Notes under the pieces: generated by a model
What the model was told of the DNA's origin: nothing
The model's input: only the letters and a program-made list of their open reading frames with translations
Database searches by the model: none
In this document: piece after piece, positions 24,774-26,367 of the stretch
How the letters are laid out: every line of letters begins with the position of its first letter
Numbering within the stretch: the stretch's first letter is position 1
Program-made: the position numbers and the translations under genes
Source of the DNA: a virus
Taxonomy: Duplodnaviria > Caudoviricetes
Length of the DNA stretch: 26,367 nucleotides
IMG/VR virus record: IMGVR_UViG_3300017754_002918
Span: 1-26,367 of that record
Direction: 5' to 3' (one strand)

Positions 24774-24797
24774 AATTATATAAAAATATTAAGTTTT

Positions 24798-25097
24798 TTA
24801 TGTACCGATAATTAAACCACCCAAGTCAATTCCACCATTTTTATGTATTTGATCTTCAATTTCACCATACATAAAAGATTTAACAACACTAAGAACCATT
24901 TGTTCAGATTGTGCAATTTTTGTTTCCATCCAATCTTCAATCTGCTCACCTTCTTCCATCATTTCCCACATTTTATATGCTAGTGTTGCTATGGTAAATA
25001 ATTGTTGTTTCGCCATATATGATCCTTCTTCATGATCTTCTTTTAACAACTTTACCATTTCTTCAAGTTGTTGTTCTGTTATTAATATCTTCTTCAT
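24798..25097 (-). CDS. Hypothetical protein with N-terminal KKILITEQQL motif
   Basis: Motif shared with other small genes in the window. Confidence 0.75.
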   Translation of the reverse strand: MKKILITEQQLEEMVKLLKEDHEEGSYMAKQQLFTIATLAYKMWEMMEEGEQIEDWMETKIAQSEQMVLSVVKSFMYGEIEDQIHKNGGIDLGGLIIGT

Positions 25098-25363
25098 ATG
25101 AACTTTACTTTAATTTTAAAATCACCATTTCCCTTAATAACCCTATGGAAGGTGTCTTTTGGTATAAATATCACATCACCATCTTTTAAGTCAACAGGTA
25201 GTTTATTATCTTCTTGATATTTCCATCCGTTTGATTCAATAATGGTTATTTCCCTATCTTCACGATCACAGTGCCATTTAAGTTCAAACTCATCAATACT
25301 TCCTTCAAAAATCCTAATCTTTGAATAACCTTTTTTTATTTCTTTAAATGGATATTTTTGCAT
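25094..25363 (-). CDS. Cupin-fold protein (start re-assigned to MQKYPF)
   Basis: WHCDREDR...LKDGDVIFIPKDTFHRVIKG cupin motifs. Confidence 0.7.
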   Translation of the reverse strand: MQKYPFKEIKKGYSKIRIFEGSIDEFELKWHCDREDREITIIESNGWKYQEDNKLPVDLKDGDVIFIPKDTFHRVIKGNGDFKIKVKFI

Positions 25364-25364
25364 G

Positions 25365-25919
25365 TTACCAGTATCCTCCATATGTTTTACCACCCCATAA
25401 ATGCCCATAACGATTGATTCTACACGCCCAATACCCAGCAGTTAATCTATCTTTTTTATCCTTACAATTATGTCTTGATGCAAAATTCCTTCTTGCTTCA
25501 GGGTTAGAAACTTTAGCAGTTAACCCACCCTTTACATCACCAAAAGATATTTTTTTTACTTTACCTGTTGATGGATTTTTAACATAAACATAATATTTTT
25601 TACCTCCACCGGTATTTCTCATTGGTTTGCCCAATTCAACTTTTTTACCTTTATATTCCGCTTCATTAATATCTTCAACAATATATGGTACTTCAAGTCT
25701 AACCATTTCCCCATTTGATAATCTAATCTTTTTACCAAAATCAGATTCAATCAACCACATTTCATCTTCTTCAATATCAACATAACCTGACTTATATAAA
25801 GTTCTAGCTTCATTGATTAAATTAAAAAATTCATCAGAGAAAGGTCTAAAGACATTCTCCGTTAATTTGATACCATTATCTAAATGGTATTTCATTTCTT
25901 CTGTTATTAATATCTTCAT
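25365..25919 (-). CDS. Hypothetical phage protein (N-terminal KILITEE motif, basic C-terminal domain)
   Basis: KKYYVYVKNP...KKISFGD...RRNFASRHNC...AGYWACR basic domain. Confidence 0.75.
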   Translation of the reverse strand: MKILITEEMKYHLDNGIKLTENVFRPFSDEFFNLINEARTLYKSGYVDIEEDEMWLIESDFGKKIRLSNGEMVRLEVPYIVEDINEAEYKGKKVELGKPMRNTGGGKKYYVYVKNPSTGKVKKISFGDVKGGLTAKVSNPEARRNFASRHNCKDKKDRLTAGYWACRINRYGHLWGGKTYGGYW

Positions 25920-25928
25920 ATCTTTATT

Positions 25929-26082
25929 TTAATTTGTATACCTCATCCAACAGCATCTAATGAAACTGGAACCATAACATTGGTGTGATCCCCCTTAAAT
26001 TGTATACCTCATCCAACGTTGATTGAACAACCTGCATTGCGTTGGTGTTGTGACTCCCCTTAAATTGTATACCTCATCCAAC
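25929..26082. CRISPR. CRISPR-like mini-array 2: two full 36-bp repeats, one truncated repeat, two spacers
   Basis: Repeats at 25929-25951 (23-bp partial), 25982-26017 GGTGTGATCCCCCTTAAATTGTATACCTCATCCAAC, 26047-26082 GTTGTGACTCCCCTTAAATTGTATACCTCATCCAAC. Spacers of 30 bp (25952-25981) and 29 bp (26018-26046). Confidence 0.8.
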
Positions 26083-26367
26083 CATTTCTTCGTTAACCCT
26101 TGTGTTTCCTGAAGATTCAAACCAAAATTAGAACGTAAAAATGTCCATATTTCATAATAATTTATATAAACATATTTATTTTTTGTATCGTAAACCATAA
26201 AGTTATGGTTTGGTTTATACCTGAATAAAATCAAGTCTTTATACTCTTTTGATTGAACTTGTTCCAAGTCATCAAATAAATGAAGGAAGTCCATCGGACT
26301 ATTTATATTTAATAATTGACAAAATATGTCAAAGTCGCCAACCATAGATATGGTATCTTTAACACCA
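25995..26367 (-). CDS. Array-associated hypothetical protein, paralog 2 (5' end beyond the window)
   Basis: Frame open to the window edge (GVKDTISMVGDF..., matching GVNDTVSMVGDF of paralog 1); C-terminus encoded by repeat, spacer and part of the next repeat. Confidence 0.85.
   Translation of the reverse strand, partial: GVKDTISMVGDFDIFCQLLNINSPMDFLHLFDDLEQVQSKEYKDLILFRYKPNHNFMVYDTKNKYVYINYYEIWTFLRSNFGLNLQETQGLTKKWLDEVYNLRGVTTPTQCRLFNQRWMRYTI

Noticed and set aside
20383-26046. Self-targeting spacers, or a strand bias of spacers inferred from open reading frames
   Set aside because: No match seen by eye in the window; 30-mers have open frames on both strands, so this is uninformative.
20360-26367. 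Diversity-generating retroelement (TR/VR pair), shufflon or TIGR array
   Set aside because: No reverse transcriptase or recombinase in the window; paralog differences are not adenine-specific; repeats are direct, not inverted; the unit is 36+30 bp without a box C/D dual-spacer layout.
1-26367. Alternative genetic code (TAG or TGA recoding) as in some large Bacteroidota phages
   Set aside because: Conserved genes are uninterrupted in code 11, TAG and TGA serve as stops at tight gene junctions, and no suppressor tRNA was seen.

Overview
AT-rich, gene-dense, almost entirely minus-strand window that looks like part of a large (jumbo-type) bacteriophage of a Bacteroidota host. Evidence for this: TTG-N19-20-TAnnTTTG promoters, a Bacteroidota-type DnaK, a lysis cassette, tRNAs and many small unknown ORFs; the standard genetic code fits. 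Recognisable content: a lysis module (two holin candidates, GH19 endolysin, divergent L,D-transpeptidase-like gene), a complete prkA/yeaG-yeaH-spoVR(ycgB) operon, thyA, a beta-class DNA methyltransferase, dnaK with a J-domain-less DnaJ-type zinc-finger gene, tRNA-Ser/Trp/Arg, two aberrant tRNA-like elements and several unassigned structured RNAs. The most striking feature is a module present twice (20360-20913 and 25929->26367). In each copy a small paralogous gene runs directly into a CRISPR-like mini-array of 36-bp GTTG...CAAC repeats with 29-31-bp unique spacers. The first repeat is translated as the protein's conserved C-terminal motif, the last repeat is truncated at the same point in both copies, and no cas gene is in the window. 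All calls are by eye; no database searches were run.
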